A DNA stretch of 64,000 nucleotides, taken from assembly GCF_009914755.1 (NCBI RefSeq), contig NC_060927.1; one strand, 5' to 3'. Position 1 is the stretch's first letter. Every line of letters starts with the position of its first letter. Shown one piece after another: positions 43,531 to 59,069 of this stretch. Both the position numbers and the translations under genes were made by a program. Source of the stretch: the human T2T-CHM13v2.0 reference genome, Homo sapiens. The notes beneath the pieces are model-generated. The model was not told the origin of the DNA. It made no database searches and worked only from the letters and a program-made list of their open reading frames with translations.

Positions 43531-44559
43531 GAGTTGTCTGAAACAAGCTGATTTAAGGGACTAATGAAACATTTAAAAATAACAGTCATAAGAATAATGC
43601 TACAATGTATGAGACACTTCTTTCTCTTAGTAAATTGGGTCTGAGGAACATAACTACCTTTTAGAGCATAATTATTAAGCAACATAATGTAATGTGGGCT
43701 ATTAAACTCACGCCAGAGAAAGCTAAAGGGAGCTATGGTGACAGGAAGTTGAGAATATTTTGATAACTGCTCCCCAGTCCTCACATTTCCCCCACTCTCA
43801 CCTCTGCTACTCAGTGCATCATTTTTCCAGAATAACCATTCTTGTAACCACTCTCATCTTTCTCCAATAACCCAACCTTTGTATCTGTAATCACTTTATA
43901 GTTAAAGCAATAGGCTTTGGCTGGGAAACACTGAAGAGTAAAGCCCATCTTTTAAGAATAAGCTCTGTAAAAGATACAAGGTCTTCTTTGTTTCTTAGAT
44001 TAGAGGGGATGCTCCCCAGGAACAGAGGCCTGTGAAATGTTAGGCCCTGGGGTTCACTCCACATGTGTTCCCAGGGCTTCAATTTTACCATGTGGATATA
44101 TTATAGGGTAGAATGCAAAAACTGCATAAATCTTCAAAGTAAGGCATGAAACCCCAAAGGAAACAAGCTTTTTGGTTGCTGTCTTACGGCTACGTCCCAA
44201 AACCCCCAAGGTTTGTGTTTTTCTCTCCTCTTTCCAGTGAAAAATATAGGAGCACTGTTTAAGGGATGGATATGAAACTATGCCATGAATGAATGGTGTT
44301 TAGTTTGGGATTTAACGATGGGCCATTTTTTTCTCTTCCTAGTAGCCCAACAAATTAAATATCATCTAATCTTACAAAATGTAAATCTTCCTTGGAACTC
44401 ATCAATTTCTACCTTATTTAGAAGCATTCCTTTTTCTTCTTCTACTATATCACAAACTATATCTGATTCATCTTTATAACAGAAACCTCCTGTAACACAT
44501 GACCTTGAATAAAGTAGGTGGCAAATGACATTGTTAGCATTCCAGCAGATACCTGCATC

Positions 44560-45260
44560 TGTTAATAGAGTGCCTTCTATATACTAAGCATTATTTTTGG
44601 CTTTGAGAATAAGGGCTGAAAACTTTAGCAAAGCCCTAATTTTTATGGAGGTGGATTCCAATTGAAGGTAGTCAAGAGGTAACACTTTTTAAAATACACG
44701 AAATAAATACAATATAATGGAAGAAAATGATTACTGCTATGAAGAAAATAAACCCAGGTGATACAATAAAGAGCGACTGGGAAGAAAGGTTACTTTAGAT
44801 GCAATTCAGGAAAGTGGACCTCTTTGTTCAGCCTGCAATGGCAAGGAGGAGTCAGCCATGCAAAGATTCGAGAGTGTACTTTCACGGCAGAGGGAACAGC
44901 TAATGCAAGGGCCCTAACACTGGGCATGGTGCTCTGAGTTCTGGGAGGAGCAAGAGGACAATAATTCTAGGTATTCTGAAGGGTTAGGATAGTGAAATGA
45001 GAGGCATTGTGAGGTAGGTTGAGTCCAGATGTTTTGGGCCTTGTGGGAACAGTAAGGAATTTAGACCTGACTTTACCTGTGAAAAGCAGCTGCTGAAGTG
45101 TTGCAAGCAAGGGAGTAATGTGATTGAATTTACATCTTAAAGCCCTAACTCTGACGATGGTATGGAGGATGACTGCATAAGGAAACCAGGGTGGAAATAG
45201 GAAATCAAATAGGGGACTCCTCAAGTAAAAGAGATGGACAGTTTCAACAAAACTGTGCAA
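44560..45260 (-). mobile_element. L2 LINE fragment
   Basis: 'gtcagccatgcaaagatt...ggcagagggaacagctaatgcaagggccct'. Confidence 0.75.
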
Positions 45261-47039
45261 TATTTTGTTGAGAGGAATTGCTGACAGAATATGAGGTAGG
45301 AGTAAAAGAGAAGAATAGAGCTCATGTGATATTTACATTCCGAAGGTGCTTCACACTCATTTTCTGAATTAATCATCATAGCAACTTTGGGAGTTAGGAG
45401 GTTGATGGTTATCCCTTGAGAAAAGTCACAAAGCACTAGGTGGTTGAGTTAGGAATGAAACCAGAACTCAGACTCGACCCAGAAACTTCAGTTCAGAAGC
45501 TCTCTCTAATTCTGTGATAGGAAAGCAGAAACAGCAATCAGAAAGGAATGTGAGATCTAATCCTATCAACCTGATCTGGTGTTTAAACTTCCTCTACAAC
45601 ATCCACTTACCACAAAGCAATTTGTGTTCAGTATTTTAAATTTTCAGTTTTAAATTTTTAAGAGCTCATCCTTTTATTAAAATATTATAAGAAATAGGAG
45701 CCTATTCAAAGTGATCATGAAACCAAAAGAAAGTTATTGGGCCTTTAGAAATATTCTGATCTCCTTATTCTTATTTGTGTGTAAATTCATTAAAATAGAA
45801 AAGTTTAATTCTCTCTCTGGTTCTTTTTTTCTGTTTTGTCTCTGGATTGACTGAGACTCCCTGCTCTGTCTACTCTTCTCTTTCCTTTTTTTTATTTTTT
45901 TGAATCAGGAAACCCCTTATCTTGTAAAACAATTTTCTACTCGCCCCCCTCCTCCCTGATGTCTTCCTTCTTCCCAAACTCGTAATACTTTCATCTATTC
46001 TGCTCTTACAAGACTCGCTATTCTCTGTCTTTTCCTATTTAAATCTAGGTCTAAATCTTTCTCCTACACATCATAAACCATTTCTGATTTATCTTTTTGA
46101 TAGCACCCTCTCCCCCAATACAATACTTTGAATACGGTAGGATCAAAATAAATATACACAAAATAAGCAATTACCTCAACTGCTGGGCTAAATTTATCTT
46201 TATGAGGAGTTCTTTATTCTGTGGAGCAAGTGCCAAGAGATCAGGAATTTTCTTTCTTAATTCAATTTGGTTGAAAGGGGAACTTACAAACATTTTTTTA
46301 AATTCAGCAACTAATTACTTTTGCAATGTGTCAGGGATGTCATACACATTGTATAAATAAAAGGAAAGGAAGATAGTTGTTAAATCTTCTCAATGTCTGT
46401 TACTCTGGTTTATCTAATTCGGGCACTTTGAACATACCAAATCACTTCTATGCTTATCTCTCTTTGACTACAACTCCATCTTTTCCTCCCAACAGAGAAT
46501 GAAGTCTATTTCCTTCTCAGAAAAGTTCAGAAATGATTTTTCCTTGTAGACATCAACATGTTCTTAATATAACTCAGGAGACAGCATGCTGTATTGGAAA
46601 AAAAATTAGAGTTATCAGGAAAGCTAAGTTTTAGTATGGGTCTGCCATACACCATATGACATTGCTTAAGTCAAACTGAGACCCACAGAGGTCTCAGTTT
46701 CCTCATCTGAAAAATAAGGAAACCAGACAAGATTTTTCTACTGTGTGTTTCATGCCCACCATGATACTGCTGAATACTAAAGCAGTTATAAAAAAAAATA
46801 GTCTATTTAAAATTCAGTCTCTAGTTTGGATTATTGTGATTTTTTCATGTGAACTGTCCTTCAAGAGCACCAGTGGTAGGGACAGGTAATCCAATTTCCA
46901 TAGCTAGAAGGAAAACCACTCTAGTCGAATCCATCACATTTTTCACTTCTTTTCCCCTACTCTAAAAAAATCTCCATAGACCAAAATGAAAAGAAAGAAG
47001 AAAAGAAGAAAAAGTCAGTATTTAGGCAAACTACTCTAT

Positions 47040-48020
47040 TAAACATTTTCTATCATTATGTCTCTTAGATTTATATACGGTTTCTGTCTTTGGAGTCATA
47101 GTTGGTAAAGTGTGTCTTATCCTTACACTAAAAATGTATTTATCTATATTTTTATCTTAGTACCTGAATAATATTTTTAAATTTAAATGTAAAGAAAGGG
47201 ATTTGACATCATTTATGCCAAATGAATAGACAGTTATTTCCACACTCATCGATAATCTACTCTTTCTCTCACTTCTTTGAAATGCCCCCTTAATCATAAA
47301 ACAATATCATATAGATACATTTGCAGATACGTATATACATACACACATACATGGATCAATTTTTTGATTCATCATTTTGTGTTACTGCCTTGTTCCTACA
47401 GAATAACTATAATATTTCAGTGCTATATTTATTTTAGTTCCACATTGTTTTAGTAATTCATAGGGCAAGTTCCCATATTAAACAACTGAATTTGCAAAAT
47501 AGCATCTTTCAAATAAATTCATTCTTCTAAATACATTATCAATATCATTATTCCAAAAATTTTAAGATTTTGATTACAATCACCTCTTATTTGTATATCA
47601 CTTTGGGAAAAATTGTTATCTTTACAATAATGAGATTTCATATTCACAACTATGGTTTCTATCTCCAGCATTAAAATTGTAATGTTTTCCAGTAAACTGC
47701 TGTTTCTTTCTGCATAAACGACACATACCTTTTTAAACATGTATTGCCTATATAGCCATTTACATATTGTTTTTATAATGACTATGGCTAGTATCCAAGA
47801 AGACTATCCAGTTTTCCATATTTATTTGTAAATGTGTGGGACACTATTTTAGTTTCAATAGATTCGTGGGTGACGTTCATGAGTTCTCAGAAGATACAAT
47901 GACAAGAGCCATTTTTGAATTATCCAGGAAGATCATCCCATTGCTCTTTTATTAGTAAGGATACTGCTTTCTGTTGTTCTGATAGATAATCTTGATCCAC
48001 TTTAGGGGCAGTAGCCTCTC
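47040..48020 (-). mobile_element. Highly degraded L1M fragments
   Basis: L1 ORF2-like residue ('tttgattacaatcacc...tatatcactttgggaaaaattgttatctttacaata'). Confidence 0.5.
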
Positions 48021-49263
48021 ATTCTTCATTTTTCTATTGTTGGTCATTTAGAATATTTAGTCTTTTGCCGTTATAATGCTATGAGTGTCTTTTGAGTATT
48101 CCAAGGCAAAATAGCAAATCAAAATAAAATCCGCAAAATATAATGTTGAAAGGTGACAAATTAGGGAAAAATGTATCATACAAGACAAACAAAATGCTAA
48201 TTGCCTTAAAAGATAAGCAATGATCAGAAGATATTATTTTAAAGTTATTTCTTTTTACAACAAAGATTGTTTCTAAGGTGTTTATACTAACATTGTGAAG
48301 TGCTTAAACTACAACGATAATTTTAAAAGTACAAATTTGTCTTTACAGTTTTCAATTATGGGGAAAATGTGTAAGGAAAAAAATAAGACTGAGAATAAAT
48401 AGACCAAAATGAGGGTTATCTTGACATTGTGGTAATATGATTTTACCTTTGTTATTTAAACATGCTAAATTTTCTAAATGTTCCATAATAAGCATCGTTG
48501 CTTTTCTTATTTGAAAAAAATCACACTGAACTATGTGTTTTTTTTTTTAAATTATCTTCAAGAGAAAGGCTTCGGTTCATTCTAAAATCTTACTTTTTTT
48601 AGATTCCTTAGTTTAACTGTATGCAATGGCAACTGTACACCAGTAAATTGCTTATTTTTTTCTATGTGTAATTTTCCTTCATCCAGATACTTTACTTCTT
48701 TAGCAAATCTACAATTTCACCAAAAGGAAAAGAAACTATGTATGTGTAGGTATGCACATATATGCACACACACACATACAAAGGGAAATGGCTAAAATAT
48801 AAATAACAGCACATTACCTCTCATTGCTAGTAATTATTTTGTTTCTGCTAGAGGAAGAAACCAATAATAAAAAGACATATAGGAGACTTCAGCAGAGGAC
48901 ATGTACTTACTAATTCTTTTCAGGACTAAAATGATAACTCTACCTTGTCTATTATGCTGAATCTTGAAAAGTATAAAAAGGAATAAAAGAAAAGTATAAA
49001 TTTTCCTGCTAAGAAGCATAATCTCAAAACCGAGGATGTATAGAATAATGTGGCAGAATGGAAGGGATCTTTCATTCTCTCTTACAATAGGATGTTGGAT
49101 GTTAAGTTTTAGAATTTAAACTGGAATTTGTTCTATTTTTCTATGTAATGCTAAGATAAAGAAATGTGGAACTTTAGGAACACATATATTGTGTGGGTGC
49201 TAGAAGCATTACAATGGAGAGAATATGAAGATGTGGGTAAAGTATAGCCAGGCCAAATATTCT

Positions 49264-49641
<378 letters not shown>

Positions 49642-49659
49642 TAGCAAGTTTGGAAAACA

Positions 49660-49800
49660 CTGGGGAGTGGACGATGAGCAGTTGCTTGGTGAGTACAGTG
49701 ACAGATGCACTGAACATCCTGACTTCACCACAATGCAATATATCAATGTAGCAAAATTGCACTTGTACCCCACAAATATATATAAATAAAAAAAGAAAAA
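49660..49800 (+). mobile_element. Short L1 (L1MA/L1PB-type) 3' terminus
   Basis: 'gacttcaccacaatgcaatatatcaatgtagcaaaattgcacttgtacccc' followed by an A tail. Confidence 0.75.
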
Positions 49801-51105
49801 GACTGACAAATACATACTTGATGGTAGCACTCCTCAGGGCATCCATTGAAAGGTATCTCATTTTGATAAAGTATCAGAACTTGTTGACATTTAAAGGAAC
49901 TGTGTTCTCTCTCCTGTATGACAGGAAACATATCACAGAGGCCATATGCACAATAGGTTCCCCAATGGTTGTTGGTGGTTGTGAGCAGCATGGTGAGTCT
50001 CCAGTTAACCTTTCTTTGACCTGATGTTTTCCAGCTTAGCCAGAATGGCCCAGACAATCATTGGCTTTCTGCAGTCAGCTTATAGCTCAGGGAAGGTAGG
50101 ACCTTGAGAGGTCATCAACAACATTGGAATAAATTCTGCTCCACTGTGGGACGGTGCAAACTTCAAGCTAATGTGCTTCAAAGGAAATTAATTTCCCACT
50201 GGTCTTGCAAGTTTGTGTTACATAAATCCCTGGATTTAAGACTAGGAATATTTCTGAGATGCTTTTGAAAATCTGATCTAACTAATGTTTAAAAAAAAGG
50301 AAAACAAAATTCTCCAGAACATAATGTTGTAGGCCTTTAATAAAAGATTTGCATTGAGTAAGTCTTATCCTGGATTATCTCCCAGGAACAGTAACAGTGG
50401 TCGGTTTTTCAAAGGTATCACAGAAAAAGAAAGTCAAAGATACGGCATGCTCACTCAGGAGGCAGTGCATGTGTTAATTCTTTTAACTGAGATTTGGAAG
50501 TTATCCCTGTCTTTAGAGGGGACATAATTGAGGCCTAAAACTGGCTTGCTTTTTGGATCCTTGTCAATGCATTTCCTAATGCGGCCAGATCTCGAGGGCC
50601 ATTCTCAACTATATGCATTCACATCTCATCTCCCAATTTACGGCAGAGATTGTATTAAACCTTTGTAATTAGACAGGGTATTTATGTTCTAGACTTTTCA
50701 TTTGGAATCTTGTATGCAGCTTTGTAAGAATCTCCTCTGCCTTCTTCAGAGTAATTACCCTACAGGAGGTGCTCTTGCATTCTCTGATCTTAGAAGAATT
50801 TCATATCATTCATCTCTCCTTTGTCTTCTAACGAAGTCACATCATTGTTTCATAAAGAGCAACTGGAGGTTGTTTCCCCAAAGTCTTAACTAGTATCCTT
50901 CTGGAACTAACATACAGTAAAATTGTCTATACAGTTCTTCACTCTATTATATTATTTTTTATTTCAAGTGTAAAGGTTCTCTATTTCTTTGGCCAATGCA
51001 CTACACACAGCTTAGAAGAAGCAGTCTTCCACGAAGAGCCTTGCATATATATAAGGGCTATATGTTATGCCCTTTATCAGGATGTCTTACCATGGTCTTG
51101 GGTCA

Positions 51106-51533
51106 TGTTAAAGTAAATAAGAAGGCCATTCACCTGAGGCTGTCTCTGAGACCAGAGCTCTTAGGTAAACAAACTGGAACTTATTTTGGAAACATTTTTT
51201 TAACTGACTAAAACCAAACAAAGCAAGACTTAGCCAATCATGAACAGCCAAGCACACAACTGGTTACACAGATAGGAATCTCCCACTGAATCATATCCAG
51301 ATAAGTAAGGTGAATGCCTGATCACACTGTACCCAAATTAGGCAAACACCTAGCTGTCACCAATCAGGTAATTTCTCTATTTGTTTTCATGATCAGCATA
51401 TAAAATTCTTTTACTTTTGTTGCAGAGCTCTCTGAACCTCTTCCAGTTTTTTGTGCTGCCTGATCCATGAATCATTCTTTGCTCAAATAAACTCTCTTAC
51501 ATTTATTTTGTCTAAAGTTTTTTTTTTTTAACA
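51106..51533 (+). mobile_element. Solo ERV LTR (MER57/LTR54/LTR47-like)
   Basis: TGTTAA...TTAACA termini; CCAAT at 51234 and 51360, TATAAA at 51399, AATAAA at 51486. Subfamily uncertain. Confidence 0.8.
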
Positions 51534-53106
51534 GTACTATTAATCCAACTGTTGGTTGTTCCATACTATTACAATTTATCTTAGAAGTCTGTCCCTAAGC
51601 ATGTGTACAAGAACTGGAAGTTCACAAAAATTTACCTAGAAACTATTCTTTGGACAGAACTGTCTCATATTTTTTGTTTTAACTTTTCTCTACATGACAC
51701 TTCAACTGAGACTCACAGGTTATCTGTTTAATGCCATTTTCTTTGACTAAGAAGTCAATTTTTAGCTTATTTTGAAGCTCTTGCAACTTAGAGTTATTGG
51801 AATATCCATTCAATTTGGATTTTTTCACTCATTTTACTTCCCGGAAAATGCCTTCATTGCATTATGATTTTCTAATTGTGATGACTTGGTTTTAGCAAAA
51901 CAGCATTTCTTTCAATTTTGTTGAAGATACTTGATGTTTCTCAGCTTGGAATACTACTTCCAACATACTTCACCAAGGATCAGAAAGAAGTCATGAATTC
52001 TTTAACACCTTTTATGAGATGAAGTGTGAATCAATGCATTTTGGAAATACGGAATTTTGCTTCTCCTACACTCCACTCATAGAAAGATTCAGAATGCCTT
52101 GACTGCACCCTGTGGATGTTACAATTCTCTTTATGTATCCATATCTTGTTCTAATAGCCCATAAATTCTTCTTACTCTCTACTCTTGTACTGCAGAGAAC
52201 AGAATCCTCCCATTGTATGGCTCAGGACTGTCCAACCCCTGCCCTCTGCCTAACCTGTGAATCTGAGACTCAGAACCACAGCTATGAAAATAAAAAAATA
52301 ACTTTTACTGCTTACTAGCACTGGATTAAGAAAACCCATATAGATTTCATGTGAGAGCCACAGGAAAAACAAAACACATCATGTGAGTATCTGTAAATGG
52401 TTGGCAATAATAAGTGTGTGCTGAGAATTAACATGTCATGTTTATACCAGATGTCAGGTGTACTGCTTCTCTCTCTGAGTTGTCAAAAAGCATAATACAG
52501 AGAGAAAAGGTCAAAGAATCCTGGGGGATGTTAGTGGTGCTTAAAGGTTATAATGATTGAAAAAGATTGCTTTAAGTCTACATGTATCACCACTTCAGAT
52601 GTCATTTCATGTCTCAAGTGGAAACAGAATAGGCCTTCTTAAGAGATTTGTGGGATACAATATGTTTTGGCAGTAGAGTTGAAAACACACTATGGTTACC
52701 GTAAGCCTGCCAGAATGGGTCCCCTTATCTGAAGATCAATGATTACAGATGATTGATGGACTAGTTTCCCCACCAGAAAACACCAGCCTGTTATTACTAG
52801 AACAGATGCAATGTGATCCATACATAATTAACTGAATTTACAAATGCCAGAAGTACATTAACTAGTGAAAGCATCCCTTAATTTTCTCCTCCAGATTTCA
52901 TAATGATATAGTAAAGAAATGACCCACTAACGTATCAATAAGTGAACAGTCAAGCTGAATCTGAATAAATTCAGGCAACTGACTCTACTTACTCACTGAT
53001 AAAATAAGAGGAGAGACTCCCCTCTCTATCCCTTCCTCCCTCCCTCCCTTCCTTCTTCCTACCTTGCTTCCTCCATCCATCCCTTTCTTTCTTTTGTTGT
53101 TTCTTT

Positions 53107-53178
53107 CTCTTTCTTTATAATTTGTCATCCCAGTGTCCTATCCTCTTTCTTTATAATTGGTCAGCCCAGTGTCCTATC
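53107..53178. repeat. 36-bp tandem duplication
   Basis: ctctttctttataatt(t/g)gtca(t/g)cccagtgtcctatc x2, two mismatches. Confidence 0.9.
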
Positions 53179-55037
53179 TTTAAAAATATTCATATGGAAG
53201 AATAACATTTAAAATAGGTAAAAAAAAAAGTCACTCTATTTGAAGAGAAAGTTATGAAAATTAGCGTTTGTACACAAAGCTGCCCCCTTGAGTATTTTCA
53301 CAAACCTTTAGAGCACTCGGCAGAGGATATTTTGAAAATTACTGGTGAACCCTATCTTTAAGCTAGGTCAGCGCTTCCTGAAGTGTGCTGCTCAGAACAT
53401 CCGGTCCTGCAAGATGCTCCATAAACAAAGAGTTTTCTTCTCAAGTAAGTTTAGGAAATGTTGCATGCTGGATTATTCCTCTTTGATAGGTAAAATCAAT
53501 ATTATCCCATTAAAAGCTCTGAGAAATAAAAGAAAGATGCGTTCTTGTTTCCCTAGCATTTTTGAAAAAGTTTTCTTTTTTAATTGTCCTCATACTTTTC
53601 CATGGGGCCTATTACCATTCTGCAAGAATACAGTCTGAAAATGCTGCTCAATGTCACCCAAATGATGTCTAAGCATAACATATGCTGACAGAAGTATAAA
53701 ACCATGAGAGAAAATAAGGAGTCTCTGCTGGGAACACAGACTTTACCAATTGTATTTCACGTTATCAACCCATCAATTAGATAGTCTTGCCAGGAAGGCA
53801 GTGCTAACAATGTTACTTAGCTGTGGAAGGTGATCAGTAAATGGTAGTAGTAAAGACAGAATGTGGCAGGCTGTATAAAAACCAAATCAGAATTTAGAAG
53901 AAGTAACAGGAGTGGGCTGCAAAACACCTAATACTTTCAGATATAATAATGTCACTGAAAACATTGCATATGTTAGAAAAAACGGAAAAGTCCTTAAATT
54001 TCTGAATTTACATAAAATTTACATTAGAAGAAACAAGCAATTTACTTATAGCTACAATAGAATTAGGTATAGTTCTGCTTAGTTATGGTGTTTACTTTGG
54101 GGAACATGATGTGTCCTCACTGGAACTGAGCTTTAGCTGACATCTGTCAACTGATCTTTCAAATTCACCTTCTTCCAGGTAAAATCGATCTGAAATATTA
54201 CAGAGTTTGTATTTATGTGTAATAGAATCTCACTCTTTAGATTTCCCCTACTCTGTTGTGCTTAGCTGACTGATTTATCCTCACTTTGGGGGCATAAAAC
54301 ATTTGCTAAGAAAAGTAATGATGCAAACTAGACTGGAAGGGGAGAATGTTTAATTACTTCAGAAAAAGTATGTAAAACAAATTTGGAAAACTATTTCCAG
54401 GACTGAGATGCTACTTTCAGATACTACAGGCCTCCAAGGGCCTATAATTAGCTGCTTTAATTAGCTTCGTTTGGAATTATTTTATGTACCCCTGAATCTA
54501 ATGAAAAGTGGATTTTTAAAGACTTTATAAACCATCCCCTTGACTGTCTCTCATATTTGTAATCCCTCAGATTGCTAAGTGAATGAGGCTTATTCATTTT
54601 TTTATTATCTGTAAAGAATATCCTTAAAGGAGGAGACTTTCAGCTATGTCCTGTAGGCTGAAGGCACCTTCAAACCATGTAGTGTTTCATCCATACCATT
54701 TAAAAAATATTGGAAAATTTTACCAGCATACAGTTTCTGGCTTTTCTTTAAAAATTTACTTTCTCCATGGCAATAATCCACTGGAGCTGAGTAGCCCATG
54801 AACCCTCCAGGTGGAACATTCAGTTTACCACAATCCCTTCTATACTGAATTTTATACCATTTTTCATTATACATTGTTTTCTTTATAGTAGAGTTGGAAT
54901 AATGTAGACTGGCTATCATATGCAGATCTCTGTCAAATATGGAAAAACTGAAAGGAAGACCACAAAGGTCAAATAACTAAAGAAAAAATAAGAGAGCATA
55001 TGGTGAATTACGTTATTATTATTTGCTGCTCTTCTCT

Positions 55038-55361
55038 GTGGCAGGACAGTTCTGGCCCATTTGGTCAGCACTGGCCATTAACAGTTACTTTGGAAAATGG
55101 AATGAGCAAAAATGATGTCTATACCACCTGTGAACAGCTTGCATAGTTCAGACAGTTTTATTTTCTCTGTGTCATGAAAATGACACGTCCCAGGTAGGGA
55201 CCACTCTTTCTCAAAACGACAAAATCACATGGAATACAGATTCAGCCAACCCACTGCTTAGAGGGTACATGGATAGGAAATCAATCTTTATTCTTAGATG
55301 CCTCTGAGACTTTGGAGTTGTTTGTTGCTGCAACATAACCTATTGAAAGCTGACGGATGCA
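55038..55361 (+). mobile_element. Old MLT1-type LTR
   Basis: Terminal 'ttggagttgtttgttgctgcaacataacctattgaaagctgac'. Confidence 0.55.
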
Positions 55362-56476
55362 GAGCAAATTTCATACGAATAGTGAAAAATATCTCCATGT
55401 GTTTCATATACATATACAAAATGTGTCTGTGTCTAATGAATTTAACTTAGCCACGGTTAGGAAAAAAAGCCATGGTAAGAACTGTAACCAGCAAATGGGA
55501 AATGCATGTGCCAAATCCTCAATAAACTCAAAAAAGAACTGCATTTTCTATATTTTAAAAAATGCAAATAAAGTAATTGATGCTGTTTAGAGATTTAGCT
55601 GTTACCAGGAAAATAATTGCCCAAGCCTCAAATCCTAGCCCTCCTTTCGTTTGAATTACTTGGCTGCATGCTGCAGACCTGTGGGAATAGGGAAAGGTGA
55701 TCACTGTGGAGTTTCTGTGAATGAATTCTTACTGAAAACTTCATGCATGATTCATTCCACTCTTACCTTTAACCCTGGTATCATTTCAAAGTCCAACTTG
55801 CTCAATTTAATGAGGAAAAACAGGTTTTAAATAAAAGCCAAATCTCAAAAGGAAGGGGATCAATTCTGAAATTCCCTCCCCACAAGACCAATCTGGGTTT
55901 TCCTTCAGACAGAGCAACAGTCACAGGCACAGACACACAATAACAACAATAACAACAAAAACAAATCCAAACTACTCTGGGGTGAGGTGCCAAGCAGTGC
56001 CTGTGAGGATCAAAAGCTATAAAACCTTAACCAAGTGGTAAGAGAGGTGCTCAATCTCTGTGAGCATCAGTGCAGTTGACTGCGAAGCACCCACCAGCTA
56101 CTCCACACCTGGGCATGTGGATGGATGAAAGTCAGGAAATTTCAGTTACACAACTAGGCAGACTAGCAACTTTGCTCTCCAAGACAGCATTTTTGTAAAA
56201 GTTTTTTTAAAATTATCCTCATACTTTTGTCTCTCCAAGACAGCTAAAGTTCAGGGAAAAAAATCTGCTGAGATGGAAATTACCTAGCTTATAAATAAAT
56301 GAGTATCAAAGTTCCATGTAAGCCACAAAGTTCACTTCTGTTTTAGAGTTTAAAATGTCCTACCTAATAAAATTCACCCACAAAAATACTTCAACTCTTG
56401 TACTTGCTCTGGCATAAATATTTCTCTATTCCTTTAAATGGTTTTTGAAAGCATTTACATTTGTATGACTTGAAGA

Positions 56477-56659
56477 CAATGTGTTTCAAAGTATGGCTTA
56501 AAAACCATCTGAATCAAGACTCTCCTGGGTCACTGATAAAGAATGCAGGTCTCCAGGAAAGACCCCACCCTATGGGGTCAGAATCTCTGGGAGTGGGACT
56601 GTGGAATCTACATTTTAAACAAGCCCCCTAAATGAGCCACTAGAGTTTACAAAACACTG
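56477..56659. mobile_element. MER5-type (hAT-Charlie) element
   Basis: 'tcagaatctctgggagtggga...ggaatctacattttaaacaagc'. Confidence 0.75.
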
Positions 56660-57579
56660 CCCTATGACCAAAAACACTTGATTTGGACTTTATCTGTGTA
56701 AGAAATATCCCTCAGTTTGATCTAATACATTGTCAGGTTTCTTTGTAACAGCAGCATGTGTAATATTAATTAAAACACAGGTACACACAAATGCGCTGTA
56801 ATGGAAGCAACCAATGTTTTATTGCCCCCACTTGCTAGTGCACAGATCAATTCTTGGATCTCACCTGGTGTTTCCTATAGTCTTTTTTTTTTTTTTTTTT
56901 TTTTGACCAAAAGCATCAACTAATGGTCTTTCTGTTTCTTTTTGGGATAGGAGACAAAGCCTTTACCATTCTTGACTTATAGCTAATTTTTTACTTAAAG
57001 CAGAAAACATCGGTCAGGACTCTGCCATATTAAAATAAATTCTGTTGAAGCACTATCTCTCGAACAGTAGATTTAAACCCCTGAGTTTCCACATGTAATT
57101 TTTTGATGGGCTTCAGGCTCCTCTGTCTGTTGGTGGATGGAATCAGAGCAAGAAGACTCGTACGTCTTTAGAGTGAGAAAGAATGATTTTCTCATCCTAC
57201 CACTGCAGACCAGTTAGGGGATCTGGGAATAAACTGGAAGGCGGAAGTGTGAAGCCATGCTGCTGTGAGAACAATGTAAGAAATGGTCAGGGGCATTTCT
57301 GAAGCTTGGGGGAAATTCACCTGTAGACTGAAAGTGTAAGTTGTAATGAATGAATGAATCCAGTTTCTCGAAGTTGTTTCCATGACCCTGACTCTTTCCA
57401 GAGCTCTTTGTGGTATGTTCCATGCTGACTTTAATCCAAAAGGGATGCCGTGACAGACCCAGGGACAGCTGTCAAAAAATAAAGCTTCTGTTTCTTTATT
57501 TTTAAATTAAATTTCCTATTCTCCTTGCATCAGTTTCATTACTACATACATACACACATATCATCCTAAAATGATGTCC

Positions 57580-58020
57580 ATTGCATTAGTTATGAGTTTG
57601 TTTGTCAGAAACAAAAACCTATCACAGTCAGCCTAAGTAAGGATCAGAATGATATACAGACACAAGCTGTTTCATAGAACCCAAGGGCTAGAAAACAGCT
57701 ACAGAAATGAGAGCTGGGGAGCCTGCAGGCCAGGCAGTCTTTCGTCCTTCATCTCTGCCCCTGGTCTCTTCTTGTTTCTGTCGGGCTACATCTCAGCTCC
57801 TGAGGCATCAGCTTTCTTGGCTGCCTAATCTACATGATAGAAAGGCTCTGTTCCAAACTCTCAAATTCAGACTTGTAGGCTTACAGGTCAAATATCAAAC
57901 TCCCAGGAGACAGCATCTGATTGGCTCATCTTGTGGCAGGTGTTCTCCCTGGGCCAATCGGTTGAAGTCAGTTGGAATGTGCTGGCTGGGCCCCTGGGGT
58001 CACTGATGCTAGTACAGGAT
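57580..58020 (-). mobile_element. Old MLT1 (K/L-like) LTR
   Basis: 'atctgattggctcatcttgtggcaggtgttctccctgggccaatc'. Confidence 0.55.
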
Positions 58021-58712
58021 GGGCATCTCAAAGCCATCTCCATTCCTTTTCTCTAAACATAATTGTTTTAACTTTTTCCTCCTCAACCACAGATAATCCA
58101 ATGAGGAACAAAACCCAAACATTTTCTAGAACCATGTTTTCTAAAGTGGGGTTCAGATATTCCCAGCCAGACAATCCCCCAGGGTACAGAAAGAAAGTAT
58201 AGTTAATCCCCTTCATAGATTTACTTTTATTTAGATATTTTAAATTTTTACATTTTTCCATAAACATATTAAGATGGTAGTATATTTGTATGTGTATAAA
58301 TAAATCAGACATTTCAAACAATTCACATGGATTGCCTTCTTAAATACTCACAATGATCCTATAAGGATAGGTTCTGTGATTATTCCCCATGTATAGATAA
58401 GAAATAAGAGATACAGAGGTTAGGCAACCTGTTCCAAATTCCATAGCTTGTAATGAAAGTGTTAGAATTGGAACTCAAGCAGTCTAGCTCTAGGTGCCCA
58501 GTTTGTACCCTCTCTGCTTCCTTCATATGTGTATATGTGTGAGTGTGATTGTAGCAGGGTGGTGCTTAAAAAGGTTTTCATTGTTACAGAGTACCCATTA
58601 AAGGAGTCTGAAAAACACTGTTTTAGAAGGTGGAAAATGTATAAGTAAAAAAAAATTGAAGCCTATAATGTTTGTGAGCACAGGAAAATTTTCCATCAGA
58701 AAGCAACTGACC

Positions 58713-59069
<357 letters not shown>

